Shown: in pieces, positions 18,975-35,329 of the stretch | Layout of the letters: each line of letters begins with the position of its first letter | How positions within the stretch are numbered: position 1 is the stretch's first letter | NCBI GenBank assembly: GCA_964016885.1 | Contig: OZ024766.1 | Coordinates: 20,088,001 to 20,152,000 of the forward strand | Direction: 5' to 3' | DNA from: Eledone cirrhosa | Taxonomy: Eukaryota | DNA: 64,000 bases | The notes under the pieces: model-generated | What the model was told of the DNA's origin: nothing | Database searches by the model: none | What the model saw: only the letters and a program-made list of their open reading frames with translations | Position numbers and translations under genes: made by a program

Positions 18975-20850
18975 AAAGCTCGGATGAGCTGAGGGAGAGA
19001 CTGGGTGTAAGAGGGATCAGATGTAGTGTGTAGGAGAGGAGACTGCACTGGTATAGACATGTGGTGTGTATGGATGGTGATTGTTGGGTGAAGAGGTGTC
19101 AGGAGTTCCCAGTGGAAGGAAGCTGCAGTAGAGGAAGACCTGGGTGTAAGAGGGATCAGATGTAGTGTGTAGGAGAGGAGACTGCACTGGTATAGACATG
19201 TGGTGTGTATGGATGGTGATTGTTGGGTGAAGAAGTGTCAGGAGTTCCCAGTGGAAGGAAGCTGCAGTAGAGGAAGACCTGGGTATAAGAGGAGACTGCA
19301 CTGGTATAGATATGTGGTGTGTATGGATTGTGATTGTTGGGTGAAGAAGTGTCAGGAGTTCCCAGTGGAAGGAAGCTGCAGTAGAGGAAGACCTGGGTAT
19401 AAGAGAAGACTGCACTGGTATAGACATGTGGTGTGTATGGATTGTGATTGTTGGGTGAAGAAGTGTCAGGAGTTCCCAGTGGAAGGAAGCTGCAGTAGAG
19501 GAAGACCTGGGTATAAGAGAAGACTGCACTGGTATAGACATGTGGTGTGTATGGATGGTGATTGTTGGGTGAAGAAGTGTCAGGAGTTCCCAGTGGAAGG
19601 AAGCTGCAGTAGAGGAAGACCTGGGTTTAAAGGGAATCAGAGGGAGTTTGTAGGAGAGGAGACTGAGCTGGTATAGACATGTGACGTGTATGGATGGTGA
19701 TTGTTGGGTGAAGAAGTGTCAGGAGTTCCCTGTGGAAGGAAGCTGCAGTAGAGGAAGACCTGGGTATAAGAGGAGACTGCACTGGTATGGACATGTGATA
19801 TGTATGGATGGTGACTGTTGGGTGAAGAAGTGTCAGGAGTTCCCAGTGGAAGGAAGCTGCAGTAGAGGAAGACCTGGGTATAAGAGGGATCAGATGTAGT
19901 GTGTAGGAGAGGAGACTGCACTGGTATAGACATGTGGTGTGTATGGATGGTGATTGTTGGGTGAAGAAGTGTCAGGAGTTCCCAGTGGAAGGAAGCTGCA
20001 GTAGAGGAAGACCTGGGTTTAAAGGGAATCAGAGGGAGTTTGTAGGAGAGGAGACTGAGCTGGTATAGACATGTGACGTGTATGGATGGTGATTGTTGGG
20101 TGAAGAAGTGTCAGGAGTTCCCTGTGGAAGGAAGCTGCAGTAGAGGAAGACCTGGGTATAAGAGGAGACTGCACTGGTATGGACATGTGATATGTATGGA
20201 TGGTGACTGTTGGGTGAAGAAGTGTCAGGAGTTCCCAGTGGAAGGAAGCTGCAGTAGAGGAAGACCTGGGTATAAGAGGAATCAGATGTAGTGTGTAGGA
20301 GAGGAGACTGCACTGGTATAGACATGTGGTGTGTATGGATGGTGGTTGTTGGGTGAAGAAGTGTCAGGAGTTCCCAGTGGAAGGAAGCTGCAGTAGAGGA
20401 AGACCTGGGTATAAGAGGAATCAGATGTAGTGTGTAGGAGAGAAGACTGCACTGGTATAGACATGTGATGTGTATGGATGGTGGTTGTTGGGTGAAGAAG
20501 TGTCAGGAGTTCCCAGTGGAAGGAAGCTGCAGTAGAGGAAGACCTGGGTATAAGAGGAATCAGATGTAGTGTGTTGGAGAGGAGACTGCACTGGTATAGA
20601 CATGTGGTGTGTATGGATGGTGACTGTTGGGTGAAGAAGTGTCAGGAGTTCCTAGTGGAAGGAAGCTGCAGTAGAGGTAGACCTGGGTATAAGAGGAGAC
20701 TGCAGTGGTATAGACATGTGATGTGTATGGATGGTGATTGTTGGGTGAAGAAGTGTCAGGAGTTCCCAGTGGAAGGAAGCTGCAGTAGAGGAAGACCTGG
20801 GTATAAGAGTGACCAGATGTAGTGTGTAGGAGAGAAGACTGCACTGCTAT
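18975..20850 (+). repeat. RTE-derived tandem array with 139-bp and 114-bp units
   Basis: Unit encodes [35 protein letters not shown]; periods 19003-19142 (139) and 19281-19395 (114); 392-bp higher-order repeat. Confidence 0.9.
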
Positions 20851-21130
20851 AGACACTGCATCCTTTAAAACCTCCATGGAACAAACTCCCTGCATCAGTT
20901 GTTAGCTGTCGAGACACTGCATCCTTTAAAACCTCCATGCTTCCCGAGATTCACCAACACTACACCTGATATCCCCCCTCCATACACACACACACACACA
21001 CATGTATTTCGTGACTCATACACTGTTAACTTTCCTGACATTTGTACATCATTCTATGTACCATACATGCACCTTTGATGAGTTGTAGTGCACCTGAGCA
21101 CTGTACACAATAATTTTCATTATCATTATC
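20851..21130 (+). mobile_element. CR1-clade LINE 3' end
   Basis: WNKLPASVVSCRDTASFKTSM followed by 3' UTR; reverse complement of about 39100-39400. Confidence 0.75.
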
Positions 21131-21161
21131 ATATATATATATATACATATTTCTATACGCT

Positions 21162-21192
<31 letters not shown>

Positions 21193-21432
21193 AAGGGAGA
21201 CAGAGAGAGAAAGTGGGAGAGAGAGAGAGAGAAAGAAGAGAACAAATATTGTGAAGATGTTGCATATTTTACAGTGATTGTTTAAAAAATCTATTATGTG
21301 GGGTGAAAGTTAATAATGAATTATTATTATTATTATTATTTTAATGAATATATATATTCAATAGAAGCACAATTGAAGTGGTGTGATGCATTCCATTGTG
21401 TGTATATATGTGAGGTGTGTATATATATATGT

Positions 21433-22341
21433 CATCATCATCATCATCATCATCGTTTAATGTCCATGTTCCACGCTAGCATGGGTTTGGACGGGAGTTT
21501 TCCCACTTGAGGCAAGAGTGGTTGTCTTGCTCGCATAGGATTGTCTGGCGGGTTTTCTACAGCTGGATGCCCTTCCTAACACCAACCACATTTACAGTGT
21601 GGGGCTGGGAGGTTTTTACCATGTTGCCTACACGGCCACATTACAGCGTGGACTGTCTGGCGGGTTTCCTACGGTTGGATGCCCTTCCCAACACCAACCA
21701 CATTTACAGTGTGGACTGGGAGGTTTTTACCGTGTTGCCTACACGGCCACATTACAGCGTGGACTGTCTGGCGGGTTTCCTACGGCTGGATGCCCTTCCC
21801 AACACCAACCACGTTTACAGTGTGGACTGGGAGGTTTTTACCGTGTTACCTAAACGGCCACATTACAGCGTGGACTGTGTGTTTTTTCGTCGTGACCCCT
21901 ACACGTCTGGTGGGTTTTCTACGGCTGGATGCCGTTCCTAACACCAACCACGTTTACAGTGTGGAACTGGGAGGTTTTTACCGTGTTACCTACACGGCCA
22001 CATTACAGCGTGGACTGTGTGTTTTTTTGTCGTGACACCTACACGTCTGGTGGGTGTTCTACGGCTAGGTGCCCTTCCTAACACCAACCACATTTACAGT
22101 GTGGACTGGGAGGTTTTTACCGTGTTACCTACACGGTCACATTACAGCGTGGACTGTGTGATTTTTTGTCGTGACACCTACACAACCTCATTTGTTTAGG
22201 ACTGGATGTTGTGGTACCAACATAACTTTACATTGAAAGGGGTGGTGTGGATGGGGTGGGGGTAGTGGGACAGGGGTGTATTTTGTTAGAGGTGCCTACT
22301 GACTGTAGTAGGTTTCACTTTGCACTTAGGCAAGGCGGGTC
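21433..22341 (-). mobile_element. RTE family B 3' UTR with internal tandem duplications of about 110-140 bp
   Basis: Matches 47873-48998, which is contiguous with an RTE ORF end; (ATG)n tail. Confidence 0.75.
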
Positions 22342-23026
22342 ATACATATATACATACATACATATATACATACATATATACATACATATATACATACACA
22401 TATTCATATATACATACAGACATACATATATACATACATATATACATACATATATACATACATATATACATACACATATTCATATATACATACAGACATA
22501 CATATATACATACACATATACACATACATATATACATACATACATATATACATACATATATACATACATATATACATATATATATACATATATACATACA
22601 TACATACATACATATATACATACATGGTGGCTGCCAACTCGTTTTCAAGTACGGCCACTACTTTATATCCATGTAGGAGAACCCCTACCGATGCGCTGAA
22701 CGAGTGTGACTTTTTAGTCCAGCCAGCAACTTGAAAGCTCTGGTACAAACACTACACTTGTGACAATTATTGACACATAGTGCTGGGCCCATGGTACCAT
22801 GTGACGACAAGTGCAGAGAGATCTCCAGATATAAAGCAATGCCTGTGCTGTGAAGCTTTTATAGTGAGCAAAGGCACTGCACAAAGCCAGTCCCACTCTC
22901 TTAACCAAGATGATATTTACCAAAAAGAAGAACAAGTCAACATCATTGGAAACCATCAGGGTTGCAGGTGTTATATCAGAGTTTTCCTTCTCCTAGAATT
23001 CTGCCTTGACAAAGGCATATATATAC

Positions 23027-23065
<39 letters not shown>

Positions 23066-24021
23066 CATATACATACATACATATATATACATACATACAT
23101 ACATACATACATACATACACATATTCATACATACATATATACATACATACATACATACATATATACATATATACATACACACATACATACGTATATACAT
23201 ACATATATACATACATATATATATATACATACACATATACATACATACATATATACATACATATATACATATATACATACATATATACATATATACATAC
23301 ATATATACATACATATATACATATATACATATATACATACATACATATATACATACATACATATATACATACATATATTCATATATACATACATATATAC
23401 ATACACACATACATATATACATACATATATACATACATACACATATTCATATATACATACATATATACATATATACATATATACATACATACATACATAT
23501 ATACATACATATATACATACATATATACATACATATATACATATATATATACATACATATATACATACACATATACATACATATATACATACATATATAC
23601 ATACACATATACATACATATATACATACATATATACATACACATATACATACATATATACATACATATATACATACACATATACATATATACATACATAC
23701 ATACATATATATATACATATATACATACATACATACATACGTACATACATACATATATACATACACACATACATATATACATACATATATACATACATAC
23801 ACATATTCATATATACATACATATATACATACATATATACATATATACATACATATATACATACATATATACATATATACATATATACATACATACATAT
23901 ATACATACATACATATATACATACATATATACATATATACATACATATATACATACATACATACATACATATATACATACACATATACATATATACATAC
24001 ATACATACATACATACATACA

Positions 24022-24055
<34 letters not shown>

Positions 24056-24189
24056 CATACATATATACATACATACACATATTCATATATACATACATAT
24101 ATACATACATATATACATACATATATACATACATATATACGTACATACATACATATATACATACACAAATACATACGTACATACATACA

Positions 24190-24223
<34 letters not shown>

Positions 24224-24389
24224 CACACATACATACATACATATATACATACACACATACATACGTACATACATATATACATACACACATACATACATAT
24301 ATACATATATACATACATATATACATACATACATACATACATATATACATACACATATACATATATACATACATACATACATACATACA

Positions 24390-24423
<34 letters not shown>

Positions 24424-24685
24424 CATACATATATACATACATACACATATTCATATATACATACATATATACATACATATATACATATATACATACATAT
24501 ATACGTACATACATATATACATACACATATACATATATACATACATATATACATACATATATACATATATACATACATATATACATACATACATACACAT
24601 ATACATATATACATACATATATACATACATACATATATACATACATATATTCATACATACATACATATATACATACATATATACA

Positions 24686-24719
<34 letters not shown>

Positions 24720-24780
24720 CATGCACATATACACATACACATATACACGTACATATATACATACACATATACATACACAT

Positions 24781-24811
<31 letters not shown>

Positions 24812-24861
24812 CATACATATATACATACATACATACATACATACATACATACACACATACA

Positions 24862-24895
<34 letters not shown>

Positions 24896-25365
24896 CATAC
24901 ATACATACGTACATACATACATATATACATACACACATACATATATATATACATATATATATACATATATACATACATACATACATACATATATACATAT
25001 ACATACACATATACATACGCACATACATACATATATACATACGTACATACATACATATATACATACATATATATATATACATACACATATACATACATAT
25101 ATACATACATATATACATATATATATACATATATACATACGTACATACATACATACATATATACATACACACATACATATATACATACATACATACGTAC
25201 ATATATACACACATACATACATACATATATACATACACACATACATACGTACATACATATATACATACACACATACATACATATATACATATATACATAC
25301 ATATATACATACATACATACATACATATATACATACACATATACATATATACATACATACATACA

Positions 25366-25399
<34 letters not shown>

Positions 25400-25769
25400 C
25401 ATACATATATACATACATACACATATTCATATATACATACATATATACATACATATATACATATATACATACATATATACGTACATACATATATACATAC
25501 ATACACATATACATATATACATACATATATACATACATATATACATATATACATACATATATACATACATACACATATACATATATACATACATACATAT
25601 ATACATACATATATTCATACATACATACATATATACATACATATATACATACATACATATATACATACATATATACATACATACATACATATATACATAC
25701 ATATATACGTACATACATACATACATATATACATACACACATACATATATACATACATACATACATACA

Positions 25770-25803
<34 letters not shown>

Positions 25804-25965
25804 CATACATACATACATATATACATACATATATACATACATACATACATACATATATACATACATATATACACACATACATACATACATATATACATAC
25901 ACACATACATATACACATACATATATATATACATATATATATATACACATATACACACAATATAT
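22341..25965. repeat. (ATAC)n/(AT)n microsatellite field with a unique island at 22625-23015
   Basis: Direct reading; explains the spurious 1000-aa H/I/T/Y ORFs. Confidence 0.95.
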
Positions 25966-26162
25966 ACCAAGAAAGGAAGGTCACTGGATACTGGGTTTTT
26001 GGATTTTATTGTATTCAGTGTACCACATTGTACGGTAACCATGGAAACAGTGACATCACCGTAGATTAAAAATGGTTAACGAATGCTTAATAACGAGGAA
26101 ATTAGTTAATTAACCCATTTGGGTAGCAAACTGGCTGACACTGGCAATTGTTTTGTGGTGTC

Positions 26163-27601
26163 TGGAACATAACTTAACAAAGGTTGCAACATAAAATTAT
26201 GATGGAACATAACTTAACAAAGGTCCTTGCATAAATATAAACACTTTAACCCTTTCATTACCATATTTCTAGTGGAACATAACTTAACAAAGGTTCTTAC
26301 ATAAATATAAACACTTTAACCCTTTCATTACCATATCTATAGTGGAACATAACTTAACAAAGGTTCTTACATAAAATTATGGTGGAAGGTTTTTAGATAA
26401 ATATAAACACTTTAACCCTTTCATTACCATATTTCTAATGGAACATAACTTAACAAAGGTTCTTACATAAAATATAAACACTTTAACCCTTTCATTACCA
26501 TATTTCTAATGGAACATAACTTAACGAAAGTTTTTAAATAAATATAAACACTTTAACCCTTTCATTACCATATTTCTAGTGGAACATATCTTAACAAAGG
26601 TTTCTAGATAAATATAAACACTTTAACCCTTTCATTACCATATTTCTAATGGAACATAACTTAACAAGGGTTCTTACATAAATATAAACACTTTAACCCT
26701 TTCATTACCATATTTCTAATGGAACATAACTTAACAAGGGTTCTTACATAAATATAAACACTTTAACCCTTTCATTGCCATATTTCTAATGGAACATAAC
26801 TTAACAAAGGTTCTTACATAAATATAAACACTTTAACCCTTTCATTACCATATTTCTAATGGAACATAACTTAACAAAGGTTCTTACATAAATATAAACA
26901 CTTTAACTCTTTCATTTCCATATTTCTAATGGAACATAACTTAATAAAGGTTCTTACATAAATATAAACACTTTAACCCTTTCATTACCATATCTATAGT
27001 GGAACATAACTTAACAAAGGTTCTTACATAAAATTATGGTGGAAGGTTTTTAGATAAATATAAACACTTTAACCCTTTCATTACCATATTTCTAATGGAA
27101 CATAACTTAACAAAGGTTCTTACATAAAATTATGGTGGAAGGTTTTTAAATAAATATAAACACTTTAACCCTTTCATTACCATATTTCTAATGGAACATA
27201 ACTTAACAAGGGTTCTTACATAAATATAAACACTTTAACCCTTTCATTACCATATTTCTAATGGAACATAACTTAACAAGGGTTCTTACATAAATATAAA
27301 CACTTTAACTCTTTCATTTCCATATTTCTAATGGAACATAACTTAATAAAGGTTCTTACATAAATATAAACACTTTAACCCTTTCATTACCATATCTATA
27401 GTGGAACATAACTTAACAAAGATTCTTACATAAAATTATGGTGGAAGGTTATTAGATAAATATAAACACTTTAACCCTTTCATTACCATATTTCTAATGG
27501 AACATAACTTAACAAGGGTTCTTACATAAATATAAACACTTTAACCCTTTCATTGCCATATTTCTAATGGAACATAACTTAACAAAGGTTCTTACATAAA
27601 T
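26163..27601. repeat. 70-bp tandem array (about 19 units, some longer variants) containing TTAACCCTTTCATTACC
   Basis: ACACTTTAAC recurs at 26241 and 26311; TTAA-CCCT resembles a piggyBac-type terminus. Confidence 0.9.
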
Positions 27602-27649
27602 ATATGATGGAAGGTGGTGGTGGTGGTGGATATACTTAGTTAAGTTTGT

Positions 27650-28415
<766 letters not shown>

Positions 28416-28454
28416 TATGGTTGAAGAATTAAGTGCCAGCAGAAAGGTTGGAAG

Positions 28455-28570
28455 TGGGAGATAGAGATAGAGAGAGAGGGAGAGAGAGAGGGCTAGAGAC
28501 ACAGACAGAGGGGGAAGGAGAGTGGAGGAGAGGGGGAGGGAAGTAAAGTGAGTGATAGATAAATAGAGAG

Positions 28571-28626
<56 letters not shown>

Positions 28627-28804
28627 GATAGATAGAGAGAGAGTGTGGTGTGAATGTGTTAAAGAATTTAGATAATGTATAAAAGGGAGAAGCTGTGAGA
28701 GAGGGAGATGGAGAGGAATATAGATATATAGAGAGAGGGGGGAGAGAGAGAGAGGAATATAGATATATAGAGAGAGGGGGAGAGAGAGGAGGAATGGTAA
28801 GAGC

Positions 28805-28838
<34 letters not shown>

Positions 28839-29976
28839 TTGATAAAGTTATAGAGGGGGAGAATGAGAAAGAGAGAGAAGGAGGGAAATAAATAGCTAGA
28901 GAGAGAGAGAAGTTGTGAGAGAGAGAGAGAGAGAGAGAGAAGCTGTGAAAGCCAGAGAGAGAGAGTCTGTGTGAGAGAGAGACAGAGAGTCTGTGAGAGA
29001 GAGAGACAGAGAGGCTGTGAAAGCCAGAGAGAGAGAGGCTGTGTGAGAGAGAGAGAGACAGAGAGGCTGTGAAAGCCAGAGAGAGAGAGGCTGTGTGAGA
29101 GAGAGAAAGAGAGGCTGTGAAAGCCAGAGAGAGAGAGGCTGTGTGAGAGAGAGAGAGACAGAGAGGCTGTGAAAGCCAGAGAGAGAGAGAGACTGTGAGA
29201 CAGAGAGGCTGTGAAAGCCAGAGAGAGAGAGAGACAGAGAGGCTGTGAAAGCCAGAGAGAGAGAGGCTGTGAAAGCCAGAGAGAGAGAGGCTGTGTGAGA
29301 GAGAGACAGAGAGAGACTGTGAGACAGAGAGGCTGTGAAAGCCAGAGACAGAGAGAGACTGTGAGACAGAGAGGCTGTGAAAGCCAGAGAGAGAGAGAGA
29401 CTGTGAGACAGAGAGGCTGTGAAAGCCAGAGAGAGAGAGAGGCTGTGAGAGAGAGAGGCTGTGAAAGCCAGAGAGAGAGAGAGACTGTGAGACAGAGAGG
29501 CTGTGAAAGCCAGAGAGAGAGACTGTGAGACAGAGAGGCTGTGAAAGCCAGAGAGAGAGAGAGACTGTGAGACAGAGAGGCTGTGAAAGCCAGAGAGAGA
29601 GAGAGGCTGTGAGAGAGAGAGGCTGTGAAAGCCAGAGAGAGAGAGAGACTGTGAGACAGAGAGGCTGTGAAAGCCAGAGAGAGAGACTGTGAGACAGAGA
29701 GGCTGTGAAAGCCAGAGAGAGAGAGAGACTGTGAGACAGAGAGGCTGTGAAAGCCAGAGAGAGAGAGAGAGGCTGTGAAAGCCAGAGAGAGAGAGACAGA
29801 CAGAGAGGCTGTGAAAGCCAGAGAGAGAGAGACAGACAGAGAGGCTGTGAAAGCCAGACAGAGAGGCTGTGAAAGCCAGAGAGAGAGAGAGACTGTGAGA
29901 GAGAAAGAGAGAGAGAGAGAGAGACTGTGTGAGAGAGAGAAAGAGAGAGAGAGAGACTGTGTGTGAGAGAGAGAGA
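28455..29976. repeat. (GA)n tract with about 23 embedded GCTGTGAAAGCCAGA motifs
   Basis: Motif recurs from 28942 to about 29880 with variable (GA)n spacers. Confidence 0.9.
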
Positions 29977-30084
29977 GGAGGGTGGTGGAGTGGAGGGGGG
30001 GGGGCTGTGAAAAACCAAAAAACTTTCTGCCAAGAACCGCCAAATAGAAATAGGCTGCTGGAAACTTCAGTCTCCGCATCTTAG

Positions 30085-30202
30085 CACACACAGACACACA
30101 CATATATATATATACACACACACACACATACATACATACACACATATATATACACACGTATATATATATATATATATATATACACTACATACAGTATACA
30201 CA

Positions 30203-30245
<43 letters not shown>

Positions 30246-30314
30246 GTATATATATTTATAAAGAGGCATCTCTAGTAGACACATACATATATATACACAC
30301 ACACACATACACAG

Positions 30315-30351
<37 letters not shown>

Positions 30352-30366
30352 TATATATACACACAC

Positions 30367-30410
<44 letters not shown>

Positions 30411-30515
30411 TACATACAGTATACACAGCAGAGAGAGAGAGGGTGTATATATATTTATAAAGAGGCATCTCTAGTAGACACATACATATATATACACACA
30501 CACACACATACACAG

Positions 30516-30560
<45 letters not shown>

Positions 30561-30705
30561 TATATACACACACGTATATATATATACACACACTACATAC
30601 AGTATACACAGCAGAGAGAGAGAGAGAGGGTGTATATATATTTATAAAGAGGCATCACTAGTAGACACATACACATATACACACACACACATACACAGAC
30701 ACATA

Positions 30706-30745
<40 letters not shown>

Positions 30746-31015
30746 TATATATACACACACGTATATATATATACACACACTATATACAGTATACACAGCA
30801 GAGAGAGAGAGAGAGGGTGTATATATTTATAAAGCTGGCATCTCTGGTAGACACATACACACATACATATATATACACACACACACATACACACACACAT
30901 ATATACACACACGTATATATATATATATATATATATATACACTACATACAGTATACACAGCAGAGAGAGAGAGAGAGAGAGAGAGGGTGTATATATTTAT
31001 ATAGCTGGCATCTCT
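30085..31015. repeat. Five-copy tandem repeat of a 170-230 bp compound-microsatellite cassette
   Basis: CACTACATACAGTATACACAGCA-(GA)n-GGGTGTATAT..GGCATC recurs near 30183, 30408, 30591, 30778 and 30940. Confidence 0.85.
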
Positions 31016-31339
31016 TCAATAGCATGGAACCACGGTAAACTCAACCTCAAATATATACATGCGTATATATATATGTATATATATATGTGTGTGTGTGTTT
31101 GTGTTTGTGTTTGTATATAACAAACTGTAGTACAACGTTGATGAAGAGAGGAATATATACACATCGTTATACATACATCATATAGTATATAGATTATATA
31201 TATATATATATATAACCAATATTCCTTGACAAATATCACAAGAAGTATATAGACTCACACACATATATATATATATATATATACACACGTTATACATACA
31301 TTACATAGTATATCAACAGATTAACAGACACACAGAGTG

Positions 31340-31515
<176 letters not shown>

Positions 31516-31669
31516 ATAACGTACCACATTAAACTTTTAAGCATCAACTTGCTACACTTTTAAAACCTCCAGGAGTTTACCATTCTATATACACTCAAAT
31601 ATACATACATACATACACATATATATATATATACCTATATACACATATATATATACCTATATATACATA

Positions 31670-31730
<61 letters not shown>

Positions 31731-31902
31731 ATGTATAGATGTATATATATATATACGTGTGAATCTTTTAGAGGTAAGCCAAAACATTTTTCTAACTTCC
31801 AGTGTGTATATAGATGCATGTGTATTTAATATATTGTTTATGTATATATAAAAAATATATGTATATATAATATATGTGTATGTATATGTATATATATGTG
31901 TA

Positions 31903-32340
31903 TCATCATCATCATTTCATTTTATGTCCACTTTTCCCTGCCTGCAAGGGTGGGACGGGAACTGATTCTGGCTTGATTTCTACAGCTGGATGCCCTTCCT
32001 AACCCCAACCTCATTTACAGTGAGGGCTGGGTGCTTTTTTGCCGTGGCACCTCCACGTCCACTTTACAGTGAGGGCTGTGTGCTTTTTTGCTGTGGCACC
32101 TCCACGACCACTTTACAGTGAGTGCTGGGTGCTTTTTTGCCGTGGCACCTCCACGACCACTTTGCAGTGGAATGATAGGGACCCCAGTCCCTATCATCTC
32201 ATTTCTACAGCTGAGTAAACTGGAGCAATGTGAAATAAAGTGTCTTGCTCAAGGAAACAACACATCACCCGGTCTGAGAATTGAACTCACAACCTTTCGA
32301 TTGCAAGGCCAATGCTCTAACCACTAAGCCATGTGCCTCC
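31903..32340 (-). mobile_element. Full-length CORE-like SINE, 3 x 49-bp repeats, tail type A
   Basis: Head, CORE-like block and tail are intact. Confidence 0.85.
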
Positions 32341-32355
32341 ATTCATGAATGTATG

Positions 32356-32430
<75 letters not shown>

Positions 32431-32547
32431 CCAACAATTCAGGAGCCCAACGACTGCAAGATCTGAACTCAAATTACCCACTCTACTACTCCAAGTATTG
32501 AGTACTTTTGTGGGTAGTGATCTAACTGGGTTTTTTTAACGCCTCCA

Positions 32548-32601
<54 letters not shown>

Positions 32602-32604
<3 letters not shown>

Positions 32605-34718
32605 TCATCATCATCATCATCAACGTTTAACGTCCATCTTCCACGCTTGCATGGGTTTGGTCGGGGGTTTTCCCACTTGAGGCAAGAGTGATTGTCTTGC
32701 TCGTATAGGACTGTCTGGCGGGTTTTCTACAGCTGGATGCCCTTCCTAACACCAACCACATTTACAGTGTGGGGCTGGGAGGTTTTTACCGTGTTGCCTA
32801 CACGGCCACATTACAGCGTGGACTGTCTGGCGGGTTTTCTACAGCTGGATGCCCTTCCTAACACCAACCACATTTACAGTGTGGGGCTGGGAGGTTTTTA
32901 CCGTGTTGCCTACACGGCCACATTACAGCGTGGACTGTCTGGCGGGTTTTCTACAGCTGGATGCCCGTCCTAACACCAACCACATTTACAGTGTGGGGCT
33001 GGGAGGTTTTTACCGTGTTGCCTACACGGCCACATTACAGCGTGGACTGTCTGGCGGGTTTTCTACAGCTGGATGCCCTTCCTAACACCAACCACATTTA
33101 CAGTGTGGGGCTGGGAGGTTTTTACCGTGTTGCCTACACGGCCACATTACAGCGTGGACTGTCTGGCGGGTTTTCTACAGCTGGATGCCCGTCCTAACAC
33201 CAACCACATTTACAGTGTGGGGCTGGGAGGTTTTTACCGTGTTGCCTACACGGCCACATTACAGCGTGGACTGTCTGGCGGGTTTTCTACAGCTGGATGC
33301 CCTTCCTAACACCAACCACATTTACAGTGTGGGGCTGGGAGGTTTTTACCGTGTTGCCTACACGGCCACATTACAGCGTGGACTGTCTGGCGGATTTTCT
33401 ACAGCTGGATGCCCTTCCTAACACCAACCACATTTACAGTGTGGGGCTGGGAGGTTTTTACCGTGTTGCCTACACGGCCACATTACAGCATGGACTGTCT
33501 GGCGGGTTTTCTACAGCTGGATGCCCTTCCTAACACCAACCACATTTACAGTGTGGGGCTGGGAGGTTTTTACCGTGTTGCCTACACGGCCACATTACAG
33601 CATGGACTGTCTGGCGGGTTTTCTACAGCTGGATGCCCTTCCTAACACCAACCACATTTACAGTGTGGGGCTGGGAGGTTTTTACCGTGTTGCCTACACG
33701 GCCACATTACAGCATGGACTGTCTGGCGGGTTTTCTACAGCTGGATGCCCTTCCTAACACCAACCACATTTACAGTGTGGGGCTGGGAGGTTTTTACCGT
33801 GTTGCCTACACGGCCACATTACAGCATGGACTGTCTGGCGGGTTTTCTACAGCTGGATGCCCTTCCTAACACCAACCACATTTACAGTGTGGGGCTGGGA
33901 GGTTTTTACCGTGTTGCCTACACGGCCACATTACAGCATGGACTGTCTGGCGGGTTTTCTACAGCTGGATGCCCTTCCTAACACCAACCACATTTACAGT
34001 GTGGGGCTGGGAGGTTTTTACCGTGTTGCCTACACGGCCACATTACAGCATGGACTGTCTGGCGGGTTTTCTACAGCTGGATGCCCTTCCTAACACCAAC
34101 CACATTTACAGTGTGGGGCTGGGAGGTTTTTACCGTGTTGCCTACACGGCCACATTACAGCATGGACTGTCTGGCGGGTTTTCTACAGCTGGATGCCCTT
34201 CCTAACACCAACCACATTTACAGTGTGGGGCTGGGAGGTTTTTACCGTGTTGCCTACACGGCCACATTACAGCGTGGACTGTGTGTTTTTTTGTCGTGAC
34301 ACCTACACGTCTGGCGGGTTTTCTACAGCTGGATGCCCTTCCTAACACCAACCACATTTACAGTGTGGGGCTGGGAGGTTTTTACCGTGTTGCCTACACG
34401 GCCACATTACAGCGTGGACTGTGTGTTTTTTTGTCGTGACACCTACACGTCTGGCGGGTTTTCTACAGCTGGATGCCCTTCCTAACACCAACCACATTTA
34501 CAGTGTGGGACTGGGAGGTTTTTACCGTGTTGCCTATTACAGCGTGGACTGTGTGTTTTTTTGTCGTGACACCTACACGTCTGGCGGGTTTTCTACAGCT
34601 GGATGCCCTTCCTAACACCAACCACATTTACAGTGTGGGACTGGGAGGTTTTTACCGTGTTGCCTACACAGCCACATTACAGCGTGGACTGTCTGGCGGG
34701 TTTTCTACAGCTGGATGC
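32602..34718 (-). mobile_element. RTE family B 3' UTR expanded into a 112-bp tandem array (about 17 units)
   Basis: ORF starts step by 112 (32849, 32961, ...); unit shared with the 21.5 and 48 kb copies. Confidence 0.9.
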
Positions 34719-34892
34719 ATATATATATTTACACATACATATATGCACATATACACACATACATATATGTACATATATACAAAACATGCATACACCATAC
34801 ACACACATTCTACATACATGCATAAACACACATATGCACATATACTTATACATATATACACATACACACGCACGTACATACACACAAAAAGG

Positions 34893-34945
<53 letters not shown>

Positions 34946-35137
34946 GCAAAAGTTTTATTTAAAATTGTTGGGATACAACAAGTAAATATTTTTATAACTG
35001 ATATAAAGCACTCAACAAGTTTTTGGAGTAGATATACGATATTAATAAATGCATAATTTAATATGGTATCCCTGAAATATGTATAATGAAATAAATATGG
35101 TTTTATAAATATAGTTTCCATTTATTAATATCGTATA

Positions 35138-35195
<58 letters not shown>

Positions 35196-35329
35196 GAAAT
35201 ACACATGCTTGATCAGAGTCTAGTAATTCTTTCCTGAGACATTCTAACCACATGTCCATAGTATCAGAGCTGTGATCTCTCAATTCAGAGAAGTAGCAGC
35301 TCTACCTGGAGTGACTCTCCATGTGAAAT

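Noticed and set aside
22780-26064. 1094-aa and other long H/I/T/Y or C/V/Y/M ORFs
   Set aside because: Translations of (ATAC)n/(AT)n microsatellite, which lacks stop codons; open in several frames on both strands.
26240-27560. Telomeric repeat (TTAACCC resembles TAACCC)
   Set aside because: One motif per 70-bp unit, not tandem hexamers.
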